This document shows positions 52,569 to 61,487 of a stretch of DNA of 62,144 nucleotides, one piece after another. Position 1 is the first letter of the stretch. Every line of letters begins with the position of its first letter. The stretch lies in the sequence record PX021331.1. The stretch is one strand, 5' to 3'. The DNA is from a phage. The notes beneath the pieces were generated by a model. That model was not told the DNA's origin and ran no database searches. It saw only the letters and a list, made by a program, of their open reading frames with translations. A program made the translations under genes and the position numbers.

Positions 52569-55108
52569 CATGAGTTTTCAAGGAGTTCGTTGACCTTGTC
52601 TATTGCTACAAGGTAAGCAGCACCCCTGAAAGGTTTGTGCTCATCGTCACAATAAGGCGGTTGACTTAACTCCGCACTCCCCATAGGTTTCAACGCGCCG
52701 AGGCTACATAGTGCCCTCAGTGTATCGTCAAACGCCTTCACGTTGTCCTTAGTTGCACGGAACGCGGAAAGGTTGACCGTGTTTGTACGGATATCGCTAT
52801 ACGTATATACAAAGTTATCCGTAAGAAGTTTATATCGTTTCTGATCTCTTCCACTGCGTTTTTCAAACAAAGTGTTAATCTTGGCCAGAACGAGTTTCTC
52901 ACGTTTCACGCCATCGATACCAATTTGCCCTTCCTTGTGCTTTTTGATAATACGTTCGTTACTGGTATTAATGAACGTGGATGCCCATTCAAAGTGCTTC
53001 ATAGTCACTTCAGGGTTGTAGCAGTTATCCGCAACCGCCAACAGACATGCAATCTTTAATGTCTTAAACGCGCGACGGCTATGCGCTTGTCGAATAACTT
53101 CATCCTTCTCTTCGTTACCGTCTACACCATTTAACAGCGCATTAATTTCTACGTCAAGGCTGTCATACCAGTCCATTGCATCCGGCTGCATACGTACGAT
53201 GCAAGGTGCTGTCCCTGCGTGCAGCTTAACAGCCTGCGTGATTAACTCGCCCAGCCCACGCAATAAAGGCTCAGGCATTTGCTGGTTCGCGTTCTTGTTC
53301 TCCAGTGGCCGCTGTACACTACAATCCCAAATAGTAAGGCGCGACACAAAACCGCTTGACAGCATGTCTTCTGTCATTGTCGAATAAAAATCATCCGGTG
53401 TACATTCACCCGCGAAACTGTAAGCAGCAACGCGCCCACCAGCGTGGTTATTCTCTTTGTTGGAATACTTAAAACCATCCGCACGAGAATAGAAGTCACT
53501 GAGGTTGTACATCATCAACATCGCGTGTGCAATCTCAGGGGCCTTACCGTATCCAGTTGCAAGACCTTTAAATAACTTACTCACTTCATCCATGTAGTGA
53601 ATAAAGGATAAGCGTTCCATAGACCCATCTGGTACAGTTACGGACTTCATTAATGCTTGCTCGGAACCATAACTAGCAGTATCGATAAAACTACCAGCAC
53701 CGAACAACTGAGTACCGTCTTTCCCACCAAACATTTCAACAGTTCTTAACACTTTCTGAATGTTAGAACGGAACGCGTCTTTACCCAGCCCGGATCGTGC
53801 AACAAGAACAAAGTAATTGTTTAGGCCGCCATTGGTATGGGTGTTCCACGCTTTACCACATATACCGCTCAGGAGTGACAGCGCAGACAGTATTGCAATG
53901 TCCTTCACCGGACGCAAGCTAATGCTGAACATGTAACGTGCAAGCTCACCAGCAGCACCAGGCGGCCAGTCTAGCCCACCGTCGTCCTCGATTGTATAGT
54001 TACCGTCAGTGGCTAAGAATTCGCTCGGTGCTGGAGCAGGTAGCGACGCTTCATACTGCTTTGCTTTCATCTCTAACGTGCGTTGGATGTTAGCCTTCAT
54101 AATGGCTTCACGTTCCATGTTGGACACTTGCTCGTCCATACGGCGACGTTTAATCATACGGTCTAAATGGTAGGGCTTCTTGATCTTGTCGTCATGCTTG
54201 CGACGGTCATCAAAGTAGCGGTCACCCATCTTAGACATATAGAACATACGTCTAACCTGGAAATTATACTTCGTATAGAATGCCAGGATGTCCACCAGCG
54301 CGAACTCTGCTTCCGACTGCGACGGGAACCCGCGCTCACCTAATGTGTAGTTGACATCCGCTACATCAAAGCGCCCATCCCATAGCTGACGGAATAACGC
54401 ACCGTTTGCAGCTTCGCACGCTTTTACATACAGGTCTTCATCGCGTAGGGAATACGGGTCATTCTCATATTCCTCTTCGGTAAGTTCCACCATGTCAAAG
54501 GATTCAAGCAACGACACACCGTTCATCTGGCTGCGCATGTTGTACAGCAGCTCCGCGATGTATGCTTCGCTTTCGTGCCCAGGCGCACCGGACAGCGTTA
54601 AAGGGGAAATATCCCAATGCTGACCAGTACAAATCATAAACCGGTATTGTGTGTAGATTTCAACCCCGTCGCGACGCTTGCCTTCTTGTGGTAAAGCGTA
54701 GATCCACAAGTGCAGACCGTTACCGCTACGGGAAACTTCAGTATAACTATGGAAGGATTTTACTATCTGCTCGTAACGAGCACCAGCTTTCTGAATTGTT
54801 TCAGCATCCCACTCCTGTTTGATATCCATATCAATACAGCAGAACGGGTCAGACGGCATAAGGTAGAACCCCGCCATTAACGTGTGCCCGTTCATATTAT
54901 AATATTTGATGCACTGCTGGACGCTGTCAAAGTCCATAAGCAGATGCAAGTTGGAAGGATGCTTATCGTTGCCGTCTTTACGAAGTGGAACCATGTTACC
55001 AACTTCATTATCCCAGACATACGGTTGTTTTTCGGAAGACCCGTTATTCTTAAATCCGCAGACGGCCCACTGTGGCACATCTTTTATCGCTTGCGGGAAC
55101 TTGTCCAT
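52568..55108 (-). CDS. primase-helicase (AEP prim-pol domain + SF3-type helicase)
   Basis: 846 aa; AEP-like motifs CCIDMDIK (DxD) and SRSGNGLHLWIYA (SGxGxH); central Walker A VLVARSGLGKD. Confidence 0.75.
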   Translation of the reverse strand: MDKFPQAIKDVPQWAVCGFKNNGSSEKQPYVWDNEVGNMVPLRKDGNDKHPSNLHLLMDFDSVQQCIKYYNMNGHTLMAGFYLMPSDPFCCIDMDIKQEWDAETIQKAGARYEQIVKSFHSYTEVSRSGNGLHLWIYALPQEGKRRDGVEIYTQYRFMICTGQHWDISPLTLSGAPGHESEAYIAELLYNMRSQMNGVSLLESFDMVELTEEEYENDPYSLRDEDLYVKACEAANGALFRQLWDGRFDVADVNYTLGERGFPSQSEAEFALVDILAFYTKYNFQVRRMFYMSKMGDRYFDDRRKHDDKIKKPYHLDRMIKRRRMDEQVSNMEREAIMKANIQRTLEMKAKQYEASLPAPAPSEFLATDGNYTIEDDGGLDWPPGAAGELARYMFSISLRPVKDIAILSALSLLSGICGKAWNTHTNGGLNNYFVLVARSGLGKDAFRSNIQKVLRTVEMFGGKDGTQLFGAGSFIDTASYGSEQALMKSVTVPDGSMERLSFIHYMDEVSKLFKGLATGYGKAPEIAHAMLMMYNLSDFYSRADGFKYSNKENNHAGGRVAAYSFAGECTPDDFYSTMTEDMLSSGFVSRLTIWDCSVQRPLENKNANQQMPEPLLRGLGELITQAVKLHAGTAPCIVRMQPDAMDWYDSLDVEINALLNGVDGNEEKDEVIRQAHSRRAFKTLKIACLLAVADNCYNPEVTMKHFEWASTFINTSNERIIKKHKEGQIGIDGVKREKLVLAKINTLFEKRSGRDQKRYKLLTDNFVYTYSDIRTNTVNLSAFRATKDNVKAFDDTLRALCSLGALKPMGSAELSQPPYCDDEHKPFRGAAYLVAIDKVNELLENS

Positions 55109-55195
55109 TCACTACCCCTTTATGAAACAGGCCCCACAAGGTGAGGCCGTAGACGCGCAGTTATACAGTGACAGCGCCACTTCATGCAAATTATG

Positions 55196-55735
55196 CTACT
55201 TTTCCCAGCGGATGAATTCTCTTGTAAGCTGCGCCCACGGTAGAGGGCGCTCGAACGGAGTTACCGGACGGTCGTCAATAATTAACATCTGAGTCTTGAC
55301 GTGTACCTCGCGACCGTTCGGACCGTTTGCAGTATCGGTCTCAGTAATTACAGCAGCATACGTCTGACCGTTACCTTCAGAACGGCCCATGAAACGGCGC
55401 CCAGGGACAATAGCGTCCATGAGAAGCGGTTCCCTTTTAGGCGCATGTGCAGGAGAGATCGGCATAATGGAAAGAGGGTTGTTCAGCGTTCCATACGCAC
55501 GTTCCGCACCTTCTTTCGCTGCGACCGTTATCGCTTGCTGGATTTCCACATCGCCTGTGTATTCTTCCGCTTCTTTAGCCAACAACTCGCAATCAGCGAC
55601 AAGGTTGTTGAACTCCGAAGTTTCGAAGTGGTACGGGCCACCGTCACGCGCTTGCGCGTTCGCATCCGCCATTTTAAGCGCTTCGATCATCAGCGCGTTG
55701 CTACGGATAAGCATTGCAATCAATTTACCGTTCAT
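55196..55735 (-). CDS. hypothetical protein
   Basis: 179-aa ORF. Confidence 0.6.
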   Translation of the reverse strand: MNGKLIAMLIRSNALMIEALKMADANAQARDGGPYHFETSEFNNLVADCELLAKEAEEYTGDVEIQQAITVAAKEGAERAYGTLNNPLSIMPISPAHAPKREPLLMDAIVPGRRFMGRSEGNGQTYAAVITETDTANGPNGREVHVKTQMLIIDDRPVTPFERPLPWAQLTREFIRWEK

Positions 55736-55739
55736 ATCT

Positions 55740-55949
55740 TTACCTGAAAGGTTTATCTAACTGGCTAGCGGGAACCATGCGGATTACAGTATCATAATCC
55801 TCATAGCGGGATGGATCAAAGAGAGGCATTGCATCTGCCGCTTGATCCTGGTTGTCGAAGACCTGGAGCACCTTGCGCACCTTGCACAACGTACCGTCAA
55901 ACTCTTCGTCAAAGAACTGCTCTACTTCGCAGATGCAGAACTTTTCCAT
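55740..55949 (-). CDS. small acidic protein
   Basis: 69 aa, rich in Asp/Glu/Phe (EVEQFFDEEFDG). Confidence 0.5.
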   Translation of the reverse strand: MEKFCICEVEQFFDEEFDGTLCKVRKVLQVFDNQDQAADAMPLFDPSRYEDYDTVIRMVPASQLDKPFR

Positions 55950-56369
55950 TTAGAACTCCTTGAGCTGGATGTAAGCGTCAAGAGTGAGTACGTAGTGACC
56001 GATCAGCCATTCGTACTCCGCCACCTCGTTGCACTGGTTGCCCTTGGCGAGGGTCACATGTGGTTTAAAGTCGTAGCCCGTATAGGTAAGGCCCAGGCGG
56101 TCGTACACGTGACGCGCTTCGGCCCAGTCGCGCGGGTTAAGCACTGCAACGGTAACGTCCGCGCCTTCCCAATACTCGATTGACATTACAGGCGAGCGTG
56201 ACGGTAACGGGCCAGTAAGCGAATCACACGGAATGTAAGTCGTACCAGCAGCGTCCAGGAATGCCATAGTCACGTGCAGCTTGCTTTGATCAAAGCCAAT
56301 CAAGTCCAGTACAGACGGGCAATCGTCGAACGCTACGCGAACGCCCACAATCATTTTCAGTTTAGACAT
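55950..56369 (-). CDS. 2H phosphoesterase superfamily protein (two H-x-T motifs)
   Basis: 139 aa from internal ATG with AAGGA upstream (track ORF extends to 56447); KLHVTMAF at residues 30-37 and KPHVTLAK at 102-109, 72 aa apart. Confidence 0.55.
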   Translation of the reverse strand: MSKLKMIVGVRVAFDDCPSVLDLIGFDQSKLHVTMAFLDAAGTTYIPCDSLTGPLPSRSPVMSIEYWEGADVTVAVLNPRDWAEARHVYDRLGLTYTGYDFKPHVTLAKGNQCNEVAEYEWLIGHYVLTLDAYIQLKEF

Positions 56370-56712
56370 CTTCTTTGTCCTTCTGATGGAACGTTGGTTC
56401 CATGGTGTAAGTATAGCGACCGTTCGGTGTTGCTGTACGGTTGCCAATGATTGCTACAATACGTTCCAGTTCTTGAAGTTTAGGAAGGATTTCCCTTGCA
56501 GAGCTATACTTCTTATCTTCAATTGCGGACTGGAGCTCTTCGATTGTCTTATCACGATAGTCACAAAGAGCACAGAAAAGAACGCCGGAATCCACTGTAA
56601 TTGTGTCTTCCTTTTTGTATGGCCCGTGGAACGGGTCGTACAACATAGTGCCGCCAAAAGGCGGTTCGCTAAACACGGGTTGATTAAACGCGTCAGGAAT
56701 TTTGTCAGCCAT
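56362..56712 (-). CDS. hypothetical protein
   Basis: 116 aa from internal ATG with GGAG upstream. Confidence 0.5.
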   Translation of the reverse strand: MADKIPDAFNQPVFSEPPFGGTMLYDPFHGPYKKEDTITVDSGVLFCALCDYRDKTIEELQSAIEDKKYSSAREILPKLQELERIVAIIGNRTATPNGRYTYTMEPTFHQKDKEDV

Positions 56713-57161
56713 TAGTAAGCTCCAGACAGGTTCATGATTTGACGGATGCACTTCATAATTGAAGGGCCTTTGATACTACGACGACGTTTAGGACGCCCAA
56801 GGTGATCCAGCTTAGGTGGGTTCTCCAGGCGCCATTGCTCCAGCTTGCGGGTCTCCGCTTGCTGCATAACCTGCGCCTGATGTTTAATGCTTGACCACAT
56901 TGTGTCGGTCAAGACTTCGTTTGATTGGAGTAGCATATCCCAGGCGAGCGTCGGACGTCGCTGGTCAATATTGTAGGCTTCGATGATTCCGGAGTACCAC
57001 TTGATATGGCTGTACGAACCCTGGAAAATAGTGATGCGCCCAAGCGTAACGCCCGCAGCGTCCAGCACATAAACACGCGCATAGTCGGCGTGACCCGTTG
57101 TCTGGAACTTACCCTTCAGACCGATCAGCGCCAGTTTGGCGATGGTTTCATTTACGTTCAT
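56712..57161 (-). CDS. hypothetical protein
   Basis: 149 aa from internal ATG with GGAG upstream; basic C-terminal patch RPKRRRSIKG. Confidence 0.5.
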   Translation of the reverse strand: MNVNETIAKLALIGLKGKFQTTGHADYARVYVLDAAGVTLGRITIFQGSYSHIKWYSGIIEAYNIDQRRPTLAWDMLLQSNEVLTDTMWSSIKHQAQVMQQAETRKLEQWRLENPPKLDHLGRPKRRRSIKGPSIMKCIRQIMNLSGAY

Positions 57162-57393
57162 TTCGTTCTCCAAGATACACTTCGAGGTACACACCCTCAG
57201 TCGCCCACCCTCTGTGGGCACATATATTATACGACCGAGAATACATGAATTTCCATACCTTCTGCCCTTGATACCAGCCCTCTTGGACAGCGTCGCTTTC
57301 CGCAACCATATGCCCGCCGTGAAGCTGGTCATAAATGACGTCGCCTTTCACGATGTGCTGGATGCGTTTCAGTTTATAATGAGGCTTGCCCAT
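57148..57393 (-). CDS. hypothetical protein
   Basis: 81 aa from internal ATG with GGAGG upstream. Confidence 0.5.
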   Translation of the reverse strand: MGKPHYKLKRIQHIVKGDVIYDQLHGGHMVAESDAVQEGWYQGQKVWKFMYSRSYNICAHRGWATEGVYLEVYLGERNERK

Positions 57394-57394
57394 G

Positions 57395-57637
57395 TTACCT
57401 CCAGCGCGGGTAATCGTCGCAGGTGTATTGATACTCCGTGTCCCATACAGGGTACATGGATTGGATGTTGCCCTTGGAATCGTAGATATAATTCCAGTGC
57501 ATGGTTTCGCGCGTGTTCCCGTTGCGCTTGCAATGCTGCTTTTCCATCTCCTTGGCGTCCAGGATGCAGACCCAAATGACCGCAATGACAGCAACGACGA
57601 ACAGGAACGGAATGATCCAGGCTTTACGTTCGCTCAT
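57395..57637 (-). CDS. small membrane protein (one TM)
   Basis: 80 aa from second ATG (GGAG upstream); TM IIPFLFVVAVIAVIWVCIL. Confidence 0.5.
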   Translation of the reverse strand: MSERKAWIIPFLFVVAVIAVIWVCILDAKEMEKQHCKRNGNTRETMHWNYIYDSKGNIQSMYPVWDTEYQYTCDDYPRWR

Positions 57638-57718
57638 AGGATACTCCATATCTGAAGGATAAGATTCAGACCAGAAAACACAACAGCGAACACGGAGAAC
57701 CAGAATACACGGCCCATA

Positions 57719-57904
57719 TTACACCCCGTAAACACAATAGATGATTGCATCACGCAGAGACTTGTGATACATGGTGCAAGCGTACCATCCTTCAGGTTTC
57801 TTCTTGATGGTAAGAGTTTGCTTACCTCTTTGAATCACGTAGTAGCAGTGATTCGCGATGTCCCGCTTAACAATATACGGGACTTGACGGAAGCGCTTCT
57901 GCAT
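57719..57904 (-). CDS. hypothetical small protein
   Basis: 61-aa ORF, basic. Confidence 0.4.
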   Translation of the reverse strand: MQKRFRQVPYIVKRDIANHCYYVIQRGKQTLTIKKKPEGWYACTMYHKSLRDAIIYCVYGV

Positions 57905-58215
57905 TATTTGTGCCCTTTAAGTTTAGCAACGATTGCATCCAGCTTCTCATTGTTGTTGACACCCAGCACCTCGCCCAGGAAGTGCAGCTCCAGGAGCATC
58001 TCTGCCATCTCCGCAGCGCACTCAATAGCGCGAAGGTTAGCAGCCAGCTCCGCCTCTTTAGCGACACGCTTGCTGTCCTGCGTTGTGTAGTCGCCGTCCA
58101 TCTTAACCAGCACGTGAGCGATAGCACCATGCAGCGGAGCGTCGATGCTAGCGTGGTTGGTGTAGAACGATTCGCCCGACTTCCACGGGCCTTTAGTGCC
58201 TTTGAAGAATTGCAT
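57904..58215 (-). CDS. hypothetical protein
   Basis: 103 aa from internal ATG with GAGGAG upstream. Confidence 0.5.
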   Translation of the reverse strand: MQFFKGTKGPWKSGESFYTNHASIDAPLHGAIAHVLVKMDGDYTTQDSKRVAKEAELAANLRAIECAAEMAEMLLELHFLGEVLGVNNNEKLDAIVAKLKGHK

Positions 58216-58266
58216 ATTGTTACTCCTCTGTTGAACTAAATACATAGTACAACGTTCGGACTTGAT

Positions 58267-58740
58267 TTACAACTGGTTCCCGTTCGTGTCGAACACACGA
58301 TTGCCCACGGTTGTGATTACATACATGTTCTCGTCGTGCGGCCCTTGCTGGTACGCAACGATAAGCATATCGCCGCCCGTTTGCTTATCCTTCACTTTCC
58401 ACGGATCACATTGCACATACCTCATCTTGATGCAGTGCGACTGAAGCGACACGCCTGTATTTTTAAGGCACTTGCTGACAATACCACTCTGCGAAACCGT
58501 ATACCGTCCCGTGTCCAAGTCGACACGATGCGTGGCCTTGTTTTGAACGAACCAGTTCGGTTTGACGACATACCCAGCAGCGACCAGCCGCGCCACGATG
58601 CCCACCGTATAGCGGTCTCGGCCCTGACGCATGTTACGCGGAGCGTCAGCCAACACCTCCTCGAACTTGAGCGCCACCGCTTCGTTGCGTGGATCCACAC
58701 CGAACATATCATACAGCTGAACATTGTTTATAACTGTCAT
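58267..58740 (-). CDS. hypothetical protein (first gene after the iteron region)
   Basis: 157 aa from internal ATG with GAGGAG upstream; a TATAAT hexamer lies ~40 nt upstream on the minus strand. Confidence 0.55.
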   Translation of the reverse strand: MTVINNVQLYDMFGVDPRNEAVALKFEEVLADAPRNMRQGRDRYTVGIVARLVAAGYVVKPNWFVQNKATHRVDLDTGRYTVSQSGIVSKCLKNTGVSLQSHCIKMRYVQCDPWKVKDKQTGGDMLIVAYQQGPHDENMYVITTVGNRVFDTNGNQL

Positions 58741-58897
58741 ACGACTCTCCTCGCCGGCCGCCGCAATAGAGGTGACCACATTATAAGGTTGTGCAGTGTG
58801 GTCAGCCTACCGAGCCTCACCCATACTCCACGCCTGTTGAGATTTGCAAATGGGATTTTAACAGTTTTTATAAACGGATTTAAATTTGATTGTTTGT

Positions 58898-59156
58898 AAA
58901 CTGCGATCACTAGACGATTCGCAGTTTTGCATTTGGCGGTATGCTGATCGCAGTTTTTGCAATGATCGCAGTTTGCTGATCGCAGTTTGCTAGTTTTTGC
59001 ATTTCTTGCATTGCGTTGCATTTTATGAACGAAATGCAGGTTTGGGAACCGCGAATCCCGCGGCTGGTGCGGGTTTTAGCGCGATGCCACCTCAGGCAAT
59101 GCGTGGCTATGGTACGTTAACCTCTAAAATCTTAAACCGCGATCAGATCGCAGTTT
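58898..59156. repeat. iteron cluster: 11-mer GATCGCAGTTT (4 direct perfect, 1 inverted perfect, 1 imperfect) plus TTGCAT repeats
   Basis: Copies at ~58946, 58964, 58978, 59146 (direct), 58898 (inverted, AAACTGCGATC), 58917 (GATTCGCAGTTT); TTGCAT repeated at least 5 times at 58926-59024; each 11-mer contains a GATC. Confidence 0.6.
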
Positions 59157-59157
59157 C

Positions 59158-59300
59158 ATTAAAAACATAAAAAAATAAAATACAAACAATACAACTACTT
59201 ACTAACTACTACTTTTACCTTTATTTTCAAGCACTTACAGCACTAATTTTTTGCATTTCATCAAAGAAATACAAGCAAAATACACCAATGCAAGAATTTT
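59158..59300. other. AT-rich tract next to the iterons (possible DNA unwinding element)
   Basis: ~140 nt dominated by A/T (ATTAAAAACATAAAAAAATAAAATACAAACAATACAACTACTTACTAACTACTAC...). Confidence 0.45.
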
Positions 59301-59308
59301 GACATGTC

Positions 59309-59350
59309 CGCGCGTGCATGGATGCGCGTAGCGCCTGCGTGCGTGTGCGC
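59309..59350. other. GC-rich alternating purine-pyrimidine tracts (Z-DNA-prone)
   Basis: CGCGCGTGCATG and TGCGTGCGTGTGCGC are strictly alternating Py/Pu runs of 12 and 15 nt. Confidence 0.35.
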
Positions 59351-59414
59351 CCGCGTTATTAGCACAAAAATTGCAGCCTGTAAACGATTCTTTTTCGGAT
59401 AGCGTTTCGGTGTA

Positions 59415-59623
59415 GCGAAATGGATTTTTGTGGAGGCAAAACGATTCTATTTTGGAGTGAAAATCGGAAAACGGTTCGGGAAAACGCCGTTTATCAGCGT
59501 TTGCCAGGGCTAAAAGGGTCGCAAAGGTGGGCGAAAATCGCGAAAATAGGCCGGGTTTTCGGGGTGTACAGGCCGCGCTGTAGGCTCGCCAGTAGGGTAG
59601 CCAGGGTATGGGGGTGAAAATCG
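59415..59623. repeat. array of ~8 short A-tract motifs G(N)GAAAA(T)CG
   Basis: GCGAAATGG, GGCAAAACG, GTGAAAATCGG, GGAAAACGG, GGGAAAACG, GCGAAAATCG, GCGAAAATAGG, GTGAAAATCG over ~210 nt; consistent with bent DNA or a protein-binding array. Confidence 0.45.
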
Positions 59624-59792
59624 CTTAAACTCGCGCATATTGGCCCACCAGCGGGGTCGCTGTAAGCCGATATAAGCCGGCGTTATTTGGGTCTGTATAT
59701 TAGTATAGAGTGAAGGTTGGGCGTGTTATAGGGCGATACAGCGAGGATTTACCGTGGTCAAGCTGGTGCGGTAGGTGTTTTGCGGGTGCTAT

Positions 59793-59826
59793 AAACGATA
59801 AAAACCCGTTGGATATCAACGGGTTA
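59793..59826 (-). terminator. rho-independent terminator of the right-end early unit (stem AACCCGTTG/CAACGGGTT)
   Basis: 9-bp stem with GATATC loop followed on the minus strand by TTTTATCG, 25-50 nt after the stop at 59849. Confidence 0.55.
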
Positions 59827-59848
59827 TGGGGTGTATAATGCAGTTGAA

Positions 59849-60094
59849 CTATTTAACTGCTAACAATACCGCAATGGTACTATCAGGAAGCGTACCAGTT
59901 CCCAGCAGCTTAAAGTGGCGCGTGTTTGCGCTGTTGTAGCGGTCGAGCAGCTCTTGCGCAGCGTATGCAGCGTTGCCCTCATCGGTGAGAGCATGGTCTT
60001 GCCCGGTAATAACACACAGGTCGAGACCCATAGCTTTAAAGCGAGTACCCTTGCGTTCGGAGGGTGCAAGTTTCTTCACGTGGATAGCTTTCAT
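59849..60094 (-). CDS. hypothetical protein
   Basis: 81 aa from internal ATG with GGAGGG upstream. Confidence 0.5.
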   Translation of the reverse strand: MKAIHVKKLAPSERKGTRFKAMGLDLCVITGQDHALTDEGNAAYAAQELLDRYNSANTRHFKLLGTGTLPDSTIAVLLAVK

Positions 60095-60375
60095 TGCTGA
60101 CCCTCCGCCCAGCGCTTGCAATTCTTTAGCAGGCTAATGAAACCCACCAGCGTCGAAGCGCTTACAGCGAGGCGGCCGAAGGTCCAAAGTTCAGCATGGA
60201 CGCGACCGTTCTCGTAGATGTATAAATATACATTATAGTCGGCGCAGCGAACACGGTACTTCCGGAACATGTTACCGAAAGTTTCCACTTCGGCGGTAAT
60301 GGTGGCACCGAGCTTGAACATACGCTTGCCGATAATGCGACGGGTAATGATTGACTGGCTAACGATTGCAGACAT
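60091..60375 (-). CDS. hypothetical protein
   Basis: 94 aa from internal ATG with AAGGAA upstream. Confidence 0.5.
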   Translation of the reverse strand: MSAIVSQSIITRRIIGKRMFKLGATITAEVETFGNMFRKYRVRCADYNVYLYIYENGRVHAELWTFGRLAVSASTLVGFISLLKNCKRWAEGQQ

Positions 60376-60443
60376 AATTAGTTCCTTTGTTAAGTATGCG
60401 GAGTGCATATTATTGCCCACAGTGACTATGGGCAATGTATATG

Positions 60444-60920
60444 TCACTCAGCGTGCTCGAGCAGGTAGATAACCTTTTCGAATGCTTTACGCGCCTCGAT
60501 TAGGGTAGCAACGCAGTCACCGTCGGTTGTAAAGTTTTCGTCGGTCGCTTTCGCCCACGCTAACAGTTCACCGGCGGAAAGCTGTTGGAACACGGTGTAG
60601 AACTGGTCTGGTGTATCGGCAGCTTCTTCGAGCTCCGGAGGGTTGTACCCGTCAACTGTTACACCGTAGTCGAACATGCGCTGGCAGAAGCGCTCGACAA
60701 GTGTGGTCAACGGAAATTCGTCTTTCACGCTCGGCTGTACTGTTAAGGTATACACGCCCGAAATGCTGTCTTGCTGAATGTTAACAGTCTTGAACGTTGC
60801 GTAAACAAACTGGTCACGGAAAAATTCGTGAATGGTAATGTCCGCATTGTAGTTCTCCGCGTGTGCGATAGCCAGGTTGCGGAAAGCAGAGGTCAGTTTC
60901 AGAGTCAGAATAGTTTTCAT
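60444..60920 (-). CDS. hypothetical protein
   Basis: 158 aa from internal ATG with AAGGTG upstream; acidic. Confidence 0.55.
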   Translation of the reverse strand: MKTILTLKLTSAFRNLAIAHAENYNADITIHEFFRDQFVYATFKTVNIQQDSISGVYTLTVQPSVKDEFPLTTLVERFCQRMFDYGVTVDGYNPPELEEAADTPDQFYTVFQQLSAGELLAWAKATDENFTTDGDCVATLIEARKAFEKVIYLLEHAE

Positions 60921-60998
60921 TTTAAGCACCTTATTTTGAGAAGTAGAAGCCCGCGACCAGCGGGCCAGCAAATACGATAAACGCTGCGACGTAGTAAA

Positions 60999-61487
60999 TC
61001 ATTTGTTGTAACCGTGGAATTTGCGCCAGCCGTAGAACTCGATGGTAGCGTTGTTAATGTTCCAACCGTGTGATTCAGCGAGCGCTTTCACTTCGGTAAT
61101 GGTAATCGGCGCATCGGTTTCGCTAGCTTCCTGAACTGCTGTCAGGGTGGCCCAAACTTCTGCGCATTTACCTTTAATTGGTTTGCGCACACCGTTGCGA
61201 ACTTCGGAACGCGCTTTGCTTGCTTTTGGTTCTGCTGGTGCTGGTGCTGCGGCAGGTGCTGGAACCGCAACGGTAGCAACTTTGTCAGCTTCGATAGACG
61301 GGTTAGCAGCGCGGTTAACAGCAGCTTCGGAGAACCAGTAGCGGCCACCATCTTCCAGCGCTTCCATGTTAATAAGGGAATTTGCAACTTCGGTAGAGCA
61401 GTTGAAAACCTTTTTCAGAGCGCGACGCGCGTTAGACATGTTGGTGAAGAATTTAGCGTCTTTAGTTGGTTTGATTACAGTAGTCAT
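60999..61487 (-). CDS. hypothetical protein (first gene of the minus-strand arm)
   Basis: 162 aa; SD AAGGGG; Ala/Pro-rich linker (VAVPAPAAAPAPAEP) between two small domains. Confidence 0.6.
   Translation of the reverse strand: MTTVIKPTKDAKFFTNMSNARRALKKVFNCSTEVANSLINMEALEDGGRYWFSEAAVNRAANPSIEADKVATVAVPAPAAAPAPAEPKASKARSEVRNGVRKPIKGKCAEVWATLTAVQEASETDAPITITEVKALAESHGWNINNATIEFYGWRKFHGYNK

Noticed and set aside
58898-59156. Possible CRISPR array (short direct repeats)
   Set aside because: Repeats are 11 nt with irregular 14-200 nt spacing and one inverted copy; no 28-37 nt repeat/spacer periodicity and no cas genes.
59299-59330. Perfect TTGACA hexamer at ~59299 as a promoter
   Set aside because: No acceptable -10 hexamer at 16-18 nt spacing on that strand; more likely chance occurrence within the origin-like region.
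59420-59617. 65-aa plus-strand ORF inside the non-coding repeat region
   Set aside because: No SD, Arg/Gly-rich composition produced by GAAAATCG repeats; region better explained as regulatory or origin DNA.
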